Notes under the pieces: generated by a model | What the model saw: only the letters and a program-made list of their open reading frames with translations | What the model was told of the DNA's origin: nothing | Database searches by the model: none | NCBI GenBank assembly: GCA_051362555.1 | Contig: CM120642.1 | Location: forward strand, 21,700,001 to 21,764,000 | Direction of reading: 5' to 3' | DNA length: 64,000 nucleotides | Origin: Lingula anatina | Taxonomy: Eukaryota > Animalia > Brachiopoda | Part shown: positions 49,635 to 62,818 of the stretch, one piece after another | Layout of the letters: each line of letters opens with the position of its first letter | Numbering within the stretch: the first letter of the stretch is position 1 | Translations under genes and position numbers: made by a program

Positions 49635-52493
49635 CTAGTCAAAAAAAGTTAAAATATACTGTACTGACAAATGCAGTGGCAACTGTAGCTTTAAGGGGCA
49701 CCATGCTATAGGAAAAGAGCTTTTTTGTAATTTTCTTGTTATGTTTTCTAGGTTTTCTTTGCAGGCCAAGTGGTTTTCTTGTTCCCACTCCCCATATTAT
49801 ATACACATGTAGGTCTCCAGTTAATAGTTTGGACAGAGAGATATGTACATATGTATGTGTACCCATCTGAACTATTATAAAGTTATGTCACTATAGGGAC
49901 ATATTTCAAGATTTTGATACTTTTGGAGGCTCTTTGGTTCCGCCCAGCCTCCAGCATCCCCAGAGCCTGCAGTCACTCTTCCAGTGTCAGACGTGGCATC
50001 ACAGAACTTTTTTGTCATAGGTCATGCTGGATTTGGTGACTACCTTAAATAGGCTTAATTAATCATCATATATTGAACCTGATTTATTCACAACAATCAG
50101 GAAAAAAAAAACGACTTTGTAACAGCTGATCACAAAATCACTGAAGCGGAAATTTTAAACATCCGAGTGATCAGTGTTATGACCAAACAAGTGCATTTGT
50201 ACTCGTTTACATGGTTGCAATCGATTCTCGGTAAAAGTACAAGAGTACAAAAGTACAAGAAAGTTTTCATTGACTGTCAGTATATATTTTACATTAAGGC
50301 CACAATGGAAGGGGCAGCATTTATCCCCCTTCACTCAACTGAAGGCACGATGAAGATGTTTTATGACACAAAAAAGGTAAATTTAACTGATGGTTAAAAA
50401 GGTATTTAAGAAAATCTTATATGTGAAACACCATAAAGAGATATAGCCCAGGCTACATTTTTGTAAATTTCGTATTGATCATTAAATTTGAAAAAAGGCT
50501 CCTTAATTAGTGCAATCTTTGCCGTAAACTTTTCAGCTTTCTGGCCAATTGGACCACCATTTTCCTAAAATCTACTGGATTCACTGAAGTCCAAGTAAAT
50601 TTTTTAATAGACTGGGCATTTTCACTATTGCATTACTATTTGTAATCAAGACACTAATTTTGTCAAATATTTTTTTAGAATCATCATATAACAGTTATAT
50701 TGAATAAAAAATTAGATCAAAAGTCACCTATCTGTTTCATACCTAGTGTTATTATTATTTTCTTAGCCTCTTCACGTAGCCAGTGCCAGCTTGCAAGGTC
50801 TATAATTATACATGGCACAGAGCTGCAATACTGAACAACCTATTTTCTTGTGTGAAAACTCACTCACACATTATATATTGTATACCTGATCCCACCAGGT
50901 GTCAAATAACAGAGATGCCCACCTCTGGAAATCTAAAATCTGGAGATTCTATAATTTTGCTCAATAAGTGGGGGGTGGTGGTGGTGACCCCTATCTCAAA
51001 CAATTAGAAGAGAATTATGAAGTTTTCAAAAGATCACCCAACTATTCTGAAGATAAATCGACAGGGTGTTAGCTGACAGTGGTGCAAATTTTCAAAGTCG
51101 CTTTTATCCGGGAGATTTGGTTACCTTTATTGCTTGTACGGGTGACGGGGAGACTCGCTCTGTACATATTCAGGAGACTCCAAGATTATCCGGGAGAGTC
51201 GACATGTAAACAACAAGCCAAAATGAATGTCTACCCGACGACTTTGATTTCAGGAAAACTTGGATGACTGAACACTGTTTTGTGTTGATTAGATCTATGA
51301 TTTTGTAGAAAGAGAATGAAAGACACCAATGAAGATAAGATTTGTTTGTTATCACAAACCAGAAGTCTTAGAGCATTTATCAGAAGGGAAGCAAAGTCTT
51401 TATACTTACCCAATAAACTAAAATGCACTCCTTTTCGATTGTGTTCACTTGCAAAACTACATGTATTCCGCGCTTTCCCGGTCGAACCTTGGTGTTTTCT
51501 CCCCCCAAATCGCTACAATCCCAAAAAATTATCACTGAATCTTTGCATATGTAAGGCGAGGTGCCAGTGGCGATTGAATGGGAGAAGTTGACATTTTCTT
51601 ACGTCGTTAATATTCCTAGATATATTCCATAACGTGCGAAATGCTTGAAAATAGTATTCCGATCCGAAAGAACAAGGCTGTTGATGAAAAAAAGACCTGC
51701 AGTGAAAACGCAATCAACATATCTGTCACAACTAACACACTATATCGGAGGAGAATCGGGGCACATCAAGCGCATCCCAGTTCAGCGCTACGTTAAAGCT
51801 ATTTCGGCCAACTAGATCTTTTGATTTTTAGTTCAAATATGAATTGATAATATTTTGGTTGAAAAGGATTTGAATTGTTTATTATTTAAAAGGATCCCAT
51901 TGTTCATTATTTAGAAGGAAAAGAAGTTATTTTTTACACTCCCTTTTTTATTTCAATTTTCGAAGACGTTCGGCCTACCGGTATTGTTTGATGTCCATTG
52001 CCCGATATAGAACCAGGGGCGAATCCAGGATTATTTAAAGGGGAGTCCGCCGCAGATGCTTTGCTTACTCGAGCTGATGACGTAGCAGCAGCTTTTTTGG
52101 GCTGTAAGATCAATTTCAAGCAGATTTCCCTCACCTGAACATAATATGCATGTGTAATGTGGAGCTTATCTATACAAGTTTTATTATTTCTCCTAGGCGG
52201 CTGACTCCCAGCCCCGAAGTACTGTACACTGCACTGCACCTACGTGCAGGCGAATGTTGACATTTTTTCTTTCCGTTTGTAAAGACGACGCACACCAACA
52301 ACATAATGTGCAGCGAGGAACCATAGAACCATAGATATTGGTTCCCTGTACTGTAACTCAGATAACCCTTATGTTCACAAGCAAGCTGTCTGAAATTTCA
52401 GTTGACTTGTAACTCTAACATTTATGGCAGCAGTTTCAATAAAATTTTGTTTAGGACTTCCAGGCCTTATAAACGGATTAGGCGTTTACTGAC

Positions 52494-52678
52494 ACCAGCC
52501 GCAGATCTTTATATATAGCACTAACGCCCATATTAACCGCAAAACTCACGAATTAGCCAACACACAATTATTTAGCACCAACAAAGCAAAACCTATAGCA
52601 CTAACATTCATCCGCTCTGGTAGTGTTGGTTAATTGTGGTTAAAATGGGTGTTAGAGCTAAAAGATCTGAGGGTAGTG
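52494..52678. mobile_element. Degenerate palindromic MITE with a CACTA-like end
   Basis: Right arm reverse complement CACTACCCTCAGATCTTTTAGCTCTAACACCCATTTTAACC aligns with left arm CACCAGCCGCAGATCTTT...TAGCACTAACGCCCATATTAACC. Confidence 0.5.
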
Positions 52679-52784
52679 AATGCAATGGCCGATTTAGGGG
52701 GGTCCGGAAAAAAAATCACACTAATATTCCCCTCTTGGATTAAAAATTTTGACTAGATGATTTAAAGTGCTAAACCGTACCAAA

Positions 52785-53595
52785 CATGGGCGTAACTAGG
52801 CATACGCACGGATGCACTGTGCGTACAATTTTTTGGCCAACCATGATATTATTTTATATAAATTTAGCGTATGTGGCCTATAGTGGGCGTTTTGCCCCGA
52901 TCACTGGGCGTTTTGCCCCTTTTCGTTTTTAGATAAAAAATAATTCTAAAAAGATGCGGAAGTGTTCTTTCATGCACTTTTTTTTTATTGTATATCATCA
53001 GTTATTACACTTATATGGGGAAAAGCCAAAGCAAGTGGCTGTACTAGGAACTTAATTTTGGAAGTATCACAGTGCCCTACCGTAAAGAGTAGAATTACAG
53101 CTCATTTAAATTTGATGGGTATTTTTATTATCTCAGTACCACAAAAAATTATCTGTTGCTTTAAAGGCTTACTAAGTTGTCCCGTAGAAATATAATTTAA
53201 TTTTATTTTGCTTTGTACAAAGGCGGGGCATAACGCCTACAGTTTGGGGCAAGACGCCCACGGTAGGCATTTAGCCCCCTGGTGCGAGGCGTATTGCCCC
53301 AGCAATGGGTCAAAAAGGCCGATTTTATAATTCACTTATTTTTTACCTATAACGTTTTTCTTTTGTTTGTTTCCAAAAGTGTTACCGTTCTGGGTAATAA
53401 GAATAATGAAACTTTTTTCATTGCGAGAATGTTTCTGACTAAATGATGATTTTATTATTCATGGAAATTAAGCTGCGATGTGTGGTACATATCATGTAAT
53501 TACGCTGTCCTTCATCTCTTGCGTTAGTCTACATTTTGCTGGGAATTTTTAAAAAAACTGTGCGTACAATTTTTAAAGGTCTGGTTATGCCCCTG
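52785..53595. mobile_element. hAT5-like MITE, same family as 169-334 (middle layer)
   Basis: CATGGGCGTAACTAGG ... CTGGTTATGCCCCTG with 5-bp TSD CCAAA and shared GGATGCACTGTGCGTACAATT. Confidence 0.8.
52881..53263. mobile_element. TA-flanked MITE, Tc1/mariner-pogo-like (inner layer)
   Basis: TA|TAGTGGGCGTTTTGCCCC ... GGGGCAAGACGCCCACGG|TA, with repeated GGGCGTTTTGCCCC motifs. Confidence 0.6.
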
Positions 53596-54263
53596 CCAAA
53601 TACTAATACCAAAAAATTCGGGGTCCTTCACCGGGCCTCGAACCCCACGCCATGTGGAGGGGAGGCTGATTTCGCATCCGCGGACCCCCACCTTCAAATA
53701 ATCCTGGATCCGCCTCTGTAAATCTGTCGAACAGGAAATGCGTCGAAGAAAGCCACGGCCCCCAGAGGTATAAATTTGAGTCGGAGAATGCAAAGGAACT
53801 CTTTACTACTCTAGTAATTAAAATATGTATATTATCACTAGCTGGTGAAACACACTACATGTATTTCGGTCTATTTTTCTCACTGGTGAGGTGAAAATAA
53901 CCTAGCTTAAGATTTGGTCCTCAGAGAAAAAATCTCACATGATGAACTTCTGAAAGCTATCAAAAAAGAAATTAAAAAACCAAGTTTTCAGCTCACCGTG
54001 TCTACACCTGAACAAAGTCAATCAACCATGCCATGTTCATTCGCCGCCAGTTTTAACTCGACTGCTGGGATTGTTGCCCTGAGTGTCAGAGTCACTGTGA
54101 AGCGGGCAGTTTTGCTGATATGGGTTATATGAAGTCAAGATCGAGCTGGCAAAACTGGAATCTAGAAACTAGGGTAGGGACTGTGTGATGGGCGGTCGCA
54201 CTTGCCAATACTTCCATGTACCACTGAATAACCAGTTACCATGCACGAAAGGTAACAGTTTAT

Positions 54264-54525
54264 CAAGGGCGGATCCAGGATTATTTGCAATGGGGGTCCG
54301 GTTTTTTAGGAATGACAGGCCTCGGATGCGAAGCCGACCCTCGCCCCCTCCTCCATCCCCTTTGTAGTGGGGTTCGGGGCCCGCTGAAGGGTACTGAAAA
54401 ATTTTGGTATGTTAGAGGGCTACGGTCTAGAACTATGATTAAGCTAGTCAAAATTCTAATATCAAGAGAGGAGTATTGGTGTGGTTTATTTTTTAGAAAC
54501 CGAAGGGGGGGGGGGGGGGGGGTTA
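54264..54525 (+). mobile_element. CAGAGGCGGATCC-family MITE, degenerate right end
   Basis: CAAGGGCGGATCCAGGATTATT...TAGAACTATG...GCTAGTCAAAATTCTAAT, as in 59774-60025. Confidence 0.65.
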
Positions 54526-57500
54526 AATGTATTGTGTTAATTTTTTTAGAAAAAAACATGTAAACACAAAATAAGTTTTATTGCATTGGTTGGGGTTTTT
54601 GAGGAGAAGAATGTCATAAAAATGCAAGTTTAAAAAAGTTGAATAATATATGTATGTGTGTATGTACATTAAAGGAAACAGGCTCTTCAATGATGAGGGC
54701 ATATGATAGTGATGTGGTGCTCTGACTTGCATGTGTTTTCTAATATTTTCATGCCTTGAATCAAATTGGGTTTTTAATTGATGATGGGTGTGCAACTTTG
54801 CCCAAAGTTCAGTTTCAAATGATTTTTGTTTATAACTACTATTATGAATTAAGTATAAATAGTGCAGTTTAAGGTAAAGATTGATTGTAAATACAGTGCT
54901 GTTTAAGATTGATTGTTACAGTTTACCTGTTACAAAGATTGCAATAAATTATTATTAATTTCAGTGTGTATGTGTGTGAGCAATTGATAAATGTAGTTAG
55001 AATTTTTTAATGATATTCTATTGAAAACTCTATTATTTTTTCTAGGCTTGAATAGCATGAATGGGACCAGGATTATTCCTTTTGCCATGCCTTGACCTGC
55101 AATTATCATAACAAAAGCACCCATCATTTCCAAATGCTGTGTGGCAATGAACACCACAACCTCTGGGATACTTCTAAGAGAAGCAAAAATATATTTTTGA
55201 GCTATGCTGTTGCTTATATTAATTGTTATTGGTTATCAGTATATAGAAATGCAGTTTGTGAAATCATTTTAGGTTTTAACCACATGAAGTTAGTTAAAAG
55301 TGTATGTGCAACTAAGTTAACAATACATTGTTATTTTTACTGTGCAGGTTTTTTTATATATGTGTAGCTTATAGATAATATCAACTTATCAGAATACATG
55401 TAAAACAAGTTTATTCAAATGCAAATATGGATTGGTACCTGGTATCAGTGAAAGAAAATTAATATGACAACTTTGGGAAAATTTATGAAATTATATTATT
55501 TGTAAAAATTGAACCGGTCCACTTTGTAAAAAGGAATTGTGTGTTAGATGGTTAAATATATATAAATATATACCAATCAAGTAAGGTAGCATTAAATTAT
55601 CACCTACTGGGTAATTAATGTACAATGTAATGTAAAATAACAATTTTGCAACGTACATGTCTCACTGGTAAAATATTTCAGACTAGTTGAATTTTATGTA
55701 AAATTAAAATATAACAATGTGAATAAATGTAAATTGTCTTTCATTTGTTATTTTTCATATTGAATGAAAGGAATACCCTCATCAGTTGGCCTCAGGTAAT
55801 AAAACGGTTTATTTACAATGAAAAAAATGTTAAAATTCATTTGTATTAGCACCGTGGTAAGTGCCAAGAAAAAAATTATTACTCAGTTGCTCTATATAAG
55901 TAATACTGTGTGAAGGAAAAACTAAAACGAGACTGAAGCTCATGAGAAAGCACTAAGTCAAAGCGAGGCTTATATGCGGATATTGTAAGTGAGCGTTTTC
56001 AGGCTGACATGGCCGTGAATTGATTTGTGCCATTCACAGCTTAAGGCAAAGTTCTTTACATGCTTACATTGACAGAAAGCTGAATAAATTTGCCACAACT
56101 AACTGGTAATTAAAAGTTGCGCGGAGTCCTCTATAGATACAAAGATCACAGTTAAAGATGAACTTTCGTTATAGCTTTCGTAAATTTTCGATTTCAAACT
56201 GTTTTTTAACACTAAATAGGCTCTAGATCAACTCGTGGTGCATCTCACATTATTCGAAATTTATTTCTCAATATGTCAATGTATGTAATGTGTCCCTGAG
56301 TACGTTCATAGCCGAGATATTGCATCGTTTCTGACACCCTATAAATCTCTAAAACTTTAGCCGATTCAAAAATGTAAGACTTCCGGTTTGTTTAAAAGCC
56401 ACCTAGCGGCAGACCAGTGGCTCCCGGGCTGCAACCAGTCCCTTCCTGTGTTGACGTGAAAAAAAAGTGGGCATAGGGCTTTTAAAACACCATTCTTTTT
56501 ATAGCCCGCACTCCGACTGCCTTGGGCAGCCGTAGGTGTATGAGGAGGGAGCCTTCCCCCAATATGTTTTGAATTAAGCCATTAATGTTGTGATTTTGTC
56601 ATGTAAGCCAATTATTGGTCTTCAAAATTGAAAATAGACTGCCTTGTATGAATAAAATTAACAAACCTAGGCGGGACTAGTCTCTATAGTAGACAGCGTA
56701 TGGAGTATTGCTCTCTACAAAAATTGAGAAGGCGCGTTACTGTCTACCATTAAAAGATCCAGTTCAACAGAAAATGGAACGACTTTTTATATCAACCCTG
56801 TATCAATTTCCGATTCCCCATCGAGTAAATTCTAAATCATTCTTACGTATATATAACATAGTAATGAAGAGAGAGAGAGAGCGAGAGAGGTTGAACAATA
56901 AGAATGGAACTAGACGGCATTTCGGTACTGAGTTTACTTGTGAATAACCTTTAAATCGGGGCTTAAGTAAGCTCAGTATCTGTGGGTATTTCTAGGGGCA
57001 AAAAAGGAAGCCAAGATATGAAGTTGCCCTGTACACAATTTTTCGAGTGCACGTCTTTTGTTTACGTACTAAAAGAGAGGAATGTCAAGACTCGCCTACC
57101 GCCCCCGGTTCCTCTGTTTGAACCCCTTTGACTTATCTGCTGACAAACCGACTTTTCTCGACCTGAGCTCAAAACTAGGGCAGATTTTTACCTAATCTGG
57201 GTTATATAAAGATGAAAGATGTTTCTCTTTAATAGATTAGTTGGAAAAAAAATACCGAGAGAAAGAAGCTTTATTTTTAGTGTCACTTGCGGTATGAAAC
57301 ATTATATATAAAATATACATATTAAAAAGCAAAAAGCATGCCAGGAAATCTATATGCGCCTTCAGACAAAAAATCATAGAATGTGCTAGATGAGGCAAAG
57401 TAAAGACGCTGTTGTTAATGCTCAATTAATTTTGTTTTTACTTGAAAAATAGAATAAAATAAATTAGATAAAAAAGTATAATTTCAAGTAAATATTAAAA

Positions 57501-58283
57501 TCTTATACGACGTAGCATCCATTTTATACATAATGAAAAGACATTTTTACCAATGTGATGAAATACAGTATAAAATATTGAACGAACAACTTCATTAAAT
57601 TAAACCAAGGATTTGAAGTCTTTGATTAAACCAGCCCGACTTATTCCTATTCACACGTTATTGAAATCTGGAGTTTTTATACTTATAAAGTAGCAACAAT
57701 ATATCGCAGATTAAAGCTCGAAAGATTGTTATCGCATTGCATAAAATTGTTTTCAATTTTAATTTGGCAGTTTTAATTGTGTAGTTTTAAAAACAACAGT
57801 TTTCACGCACGCTCCTGTCAATATACAGAGACGGGCTACTTATTGCTCCGGTCCTTTATAAGGAACGAATAAAACCGGTAGTTTTTAATTTTACCTGGCC
57901 ACTAACATCATTATCTCGGCATTTTCTCTCCGTAGCTCATGAAAAAAATGACAAGGTTTTATTTTTCATACCATTTGTTTTTAAAAAATGATCCAAAAAT
58001 ATTCGATGGGTATAAAAGAACATGAGTATGATTAAAGTATATGTTCAGTTCGTATACGAAGTTCCGATTTCGTACGAGCACCAAAGAAAGGATTATGGAG
58101 CAACAAACATCGACAACAACGCTAATTCATGTATAGTCATTTTACATCATATCCAGAAAAAGAATGATCACTGATTTTTAGTAAAATTAAAAACGCCTGT
58201 GAAAGAACCCGGGACTCTTTCACGTTGTTAAATTTCAGTCTCTCGGTTGAAATAAAAAACCCAACGTTTTTTAACGCGCTGCA

Positions 58284-58323
58284 ATAAATAAAATAAAATA
58301 AAATAAAATAAAATAAAATAAAA
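58284..58323. repeat. (AAAAT)n microsatellite
   Basis: About 8 units. Confidence 0.9.
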
Positions 58324-58508
58324 TGCCCCCTACCTCCAAATTGTTATGACATGTATTGTTATAGACAGGAATGTGTCAAATTCAAACAGGCAAATTCAGC
58401 TTTGATAAAAGCTGTTAATCGCACACGACTATGAATGACAGTTTTTTTAAACAAACGTCAAACACAATTACTACACTCTTGTCTCCGAACATGTAAAATC
58501 TCCAATAT

Positions 58509-58804
58509 CCTTTGATTGACAAGATGCCAATCAAATTCAGTTAGTTTTGATAGTTGCTGTCAAGTAATAACAGCTTGATTGGCAGGTTATATAAACAAAC
58601 GTCAATCACAATCATTACAGTGGATCACTATAGTCGTAGAACACGTTTAGTTCAAGCTTCCTACACCCTTTGATTGACAAGGTGCCAATCAAATTCAGTT
58701 AGTTTTGATAGTTGCTGTCAAATAATAACAGTTTGATTGGCAGGTTATATAAACAAACGTCAATCATCGCGCACTGTGATTTCTCTCGCTGTGAAACAGT
58801 GAGT
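58509..58804 (+). promoter_or_regulatory. Duplicated CCAAT/TATA promoter-like module followed by a splice donor
   Basis: ~97-bp direct repeat at 58509 and 58667 containing GCCAATCA, TGATTGG and TATATAAA. ACA|GTGAGT at 58798/58799. Confidence 0.4.
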
Positions 58805-59423
58805 ACGCCGAAAGAGAGCGCTAAAATCTAAAAAGTTAGTAATTAACTTGCAAAATATTTCAAGAGAATATATACAACATATTTCCAAAACTAGTTCTCT
58901 TTTTGAACCCTTCAGCGTGTCTAATACGACACTCTATATTACAAACTATTTTGTAAAAAGAAGAATTTAGCAAAAGAAACCAATTTAAAAACAGATTCAA
59001 ATAAAGAAATATGACATATGACGTTATTCTGGACGTAGCGAATGAGTCATTTCAAAATTAGTACAACTATGTTCCCCAGTATGTGCGTGGAAGAAAGAAG
59101 AATAAATGTGTCGATACGCGGTTCAGAGAAAAAACGATAGTTGAAAAACTACACGTATATCTACAGAGACTGATAAAAAAACTACCCAGTCAGTGAGCAG
59201 GGCGTGAATATATACAAAGTAGGCAACAGGATCCGGAGCTAAAACTAAATCCTCGTCCACTACAGACATTGACATATGAGCTTTAAAATTCGTTACTACA
59301 ACTAATAGTGCGGTTCGTTTGCATGGACATGCTTTTTCTATACGTTCCAACAAAATGTATTTGCATTATGCATGGAATATTGACAGGTTCTTTTACTGTC
59401 AAAGTTTACTTTCTGCAAAATAA

Positions 59424-59466
<43 letters not shown>

Positions 59467-59468
59467 AA
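59424..59468. repeat. (AAAT)n microsatellite
   Basis: About 11 units. Confidence 0.92.
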
Positions 59469-59773
59469 CGATACTAATTCATCTTCATTTAAGGTGACAT
59501 TCGTGCTGTGGTTGAGGTAAGTGGTTTAATATTGCGGGGCTAAATGTTAGCAAGGACCTGTGATAATAAGTGGATGGGAAAGAAAAATATAGGTAACTGT
59601 AAACAAAAATATTACTATCCTATTTAACAAACAAACCGCTACTTCGCTCTTGTAACTATATTGTTAGTTAATTTTACTGAAGTAAAGCGTGGATAGAATA
59701 GTTCAAAACACCCTCACAGTGCCGTTGTTTTTGCGACTTCAGCTGCTGGGGTTAGGACAGGGTTAGGAGAGGA

Positions 59774-60025
59774 CAGAGGCGGATCCATGATTATTAGAAG
59801 GGGGATGGGGTCCGGAACGACAGGCCCCGGATGCGAAGCGGACTATCACCCCTTTGGTGTGGGATTAGGGGACTGCTTAACGGCCCCGATAAAAAATGAT
59901 GTTTTGGAGAGCAAACAGTGCCCTTTGGTACGGTTTAGAACTATGCTTTAGCTAGTCAAAATTCTAATTTTAAGAGGGGAATATCGGTGTGATATATTTT
60001 TCAGAAACCTCTAAATCCGCCACTG
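59774..60025 (+). mobile_element. CAGAGGCGGATCC...ATCCGCCACTG MITE (hAT-like termini)
   Basis: Imperfect TIRs CAGAGGCGGAT / ATCCGCCACTG, with related copies at 52683, 54264 and a fragment at ~52014. No clear TSD. Confidence 0.7.
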
Positions 60026-61747
60026 GTTTATTATAACTCGCCAATACTCGCCAATACCAATTTGATCTTATATAAGAATTTAAAGCTATGCATGTATTTT
60101 ATTTCCTCGAGAAATGATATTTTGACATAGGGGGCCCGGTCCATATGTAAAAACAACTTTTTATACGCGGTAATATTCTGACGTTTGTCTTGTCTCAACA
60201 TGGTTGTGACGTCTACCACAAAATTGATGGGAATGTGCTAGATGTGACAAGCCGTTGGCCGCTGTAAATGCATATAGTAGGCCACAATAACCTATTTTAA
60301 CCATTAGCCTAAAATATCTTGTTAAAGGGTTTTTAAAGCACGTCTTTTTGGTACCTGTACTTCTGTTCCTCATCTACTGATACGCATAGTATATTCCTTT
60401 ATGGAATTGTAATATCAAGTTATTCACGAATCTCTCAAATGTAGTATTACTAGCAAGGTATACTACCCACGTACAAGACAAGGTGCCGTATCCTACCCTC
60501 CCTGTACTGTAACCCAGATAACCCTTATGTACACAAGCAAGCTGTCATAAGTGACAACTGTAAATAACGGGGGAACTTCAGCAAAGATTATGTCTCTTGA
60601 CGCTAACTACCGATAGCAGGTCAAATGTGCGTTCAAACGGGCAGAAATAAACCGCCTTTGAACCTTTCTATAATATTTGATATTATGGTGCATGGCACAG
60701 TGTGAAGTGTAATTACACATTTGTGTCCTTCTGTTGAGGTAACTGACAACGATGAAATACGCTCTCTTCAGGATGTCAGACTCGTTAATGAAGAATTGTC
60801 GGTGTATAGGAAGGTGAATAACAACACTTTAAGGAGTGGCCTGAGTAACATAATGCTGGCCCCTTATAAAGATATGATGGGAATAGACATTTAGCCCAGA
60901 TAATAATATTGTGTATCTACATGTATGATATCGGAAGAAGAGAGGCAATTCTCGTATTTGTTAGACACATTTCCATTAAAGATCATCCCTCTACGCCTAA
61001 GCTAATTTACAGATAATAGCTGCCATTTTTACACTGGGACCTATCACCTGTATACACAGTTTGGTGATTTGGGTGACTTTACCAATACATGTATAGTAGC
61101 CTCGTGATCAGAGTAACTTGATTGTAACCCCGCTGTATTTTAATGCAAAAATTAAGTTACTAGACAAGAGAATTTGGGACATGAACCATAATTCACAGGA
61201 CAAGAACTAAACGCGAGTAAAATGGGCCAGGTGAGTTTTCTTGTTATATCGTAGTTACATTCATTCAGTAGATTAATTTGTGATAATCCGCTACTGATGC
61301 ATTCTATTGAACTATCACGTGAAGTACTGGGATACGTGAGTGTACGCAATGTGACAGGAGGGGAGGAAGGGGGGGAGGGGAGGGGAGCGGCACCTCGGCC
61401 AAAAGATTGATGATACAGGAGAGGCCAAAGCCAGAGTCAGTGCAAACCATCACTTTACCGTCAAATTATTGGCCAATATGAAATGAAGTTAGAATATCTT
61501 CCCCCGTTTTTTTTTTAATTCGCCCAAGCCCTAGTTCTGGAGGATCGTGGGTTGCAAAAATGATTTGACTGACAGAGACCAGTTTTATGATGGTCTTCAA
61601 GTGACTAATATGTATGACTTTTCTTATGACTTTCGGTCTCCAGTGACTGATAAGAAGTTCAGTTCTGAACACCCCCTTTATCAGCTTATGTGATGCAGAA
61701 TCTTGGCGTCAAAGTAAATGATCCGTAGGAGGTCGAATAATACATAA

Positions 61748-61809
61748 GGCCACACTTTTTTAATTTTATGGATGACATCCTGCTCGCGCACCGATTTTCG
61801 TAAGTTCTC

Positions 61810-61848
<39 letters not shown>

Positions 61849-62818
61849 CCCCCCCAACGAAGTCGGCTGTCGCAAACGTCGTTATTGAATTTGCCGGAAA
61901 ATGAGTTTTCTGCGCATGCGTATTACTGCCACGTGGAAATATGGCCGCTTTGCCATCAAATTCATCTCTAGGATTACTTTCAAGTTACAGGACAATTAAT
62001 TATATAAAGTCATAAAGAGAACGGGGCCGTCGTTTTGGATTGTTATGCAATTGATATTGGGCATGGAGATATCCACTTTTTTACAATTATGCGAAAGGCT
62101 GGCGGCGGCCAGCAATTATCGCCCGGAAAATTTCAGTGACATTCTGTCTAAAGCAGCACATACCAGGTTTTTTGTAGCGAAAAAAGGGTCGACAGGGCGT
62201 CGAGGTATTCGGTGGGCTGTAGGTCGGTCAGGCCACCCGACAGTTTGGCTGCTTCGTGTGAGTCGAAGTAGACCAAATGGCATCGACTGAAATGACCTTT
62301 TATAGATTTGGTAGTATTAAGCATATCATTCAAGTTTGCATCATTTTGTAACATTTCTGTGTAGTGTTCATAATGCTTTAATATTCTGAGAGTACAAATA
62401 AAGACATGCTGTTTGATTGATATTTGTTTTATTGATTGTTATACCAACAAAATGCATGAAATAACCCTAAATAGATTGGGTAATATGCAGCATGTCTATC
62501 AGGCCCGTAGCCAGCAATTTCAAAAGGAGGGGGGGATCTTTTTTTGAAAAAGTGGGCCATTTTCCATAAAAACTTAATGTATCTAGATATAATTTTACCT
62601 AGAGTGGACCTTTTCCCAGCAAAAGGGGTGGTTCTTTCAAACCCCCTAGTTAGTTTGATATGTGTTTCTGTGGTAAATTTGTGTTTCCAGCTGTGTACTG
62701 ACGGCATTCCTTCACTTAAGCAGCACTTTTTTTTTTGGACTGTTTTTTTTTTTCGCCCTCTCGCACCGATTTTGGGGTCCCCAGAGGATGTCATCCATAA
62801 AAATAAAAAAGTGTGGCC
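61748..62818. mobile_element. 1.07-kb non-autonomous element with ~34-bp TIRs and TAA TSD (Zator- or PIF/Harbinger-type)
   Basis: TAA|GGCCACACTTTTTTAATTTTATGGATGACATCCT ... AGGATGTCATCCATAAAAATAAAAAAGTGTGGCC|TAA. Confidence 0.82.

Larger units (their letters stand above)
52683..53718 (-). mobile_element. CAGAGGCGGATCC-family MITE (outer layer of a nest)
   Basis: Reverse complement of the uninterrupted copy at 59774-60025, split at CCAAA by the element below. Confidence 0.7.

Noticed and set aside
52190-54130. Upstream exons of the minus-strand Thr/Pro gene (possible donors near 52240 and 53997)
   Set aside because: Splice-like sites exist, but no convincing reading frame or signal peptide links them to the 49524-49634 exon
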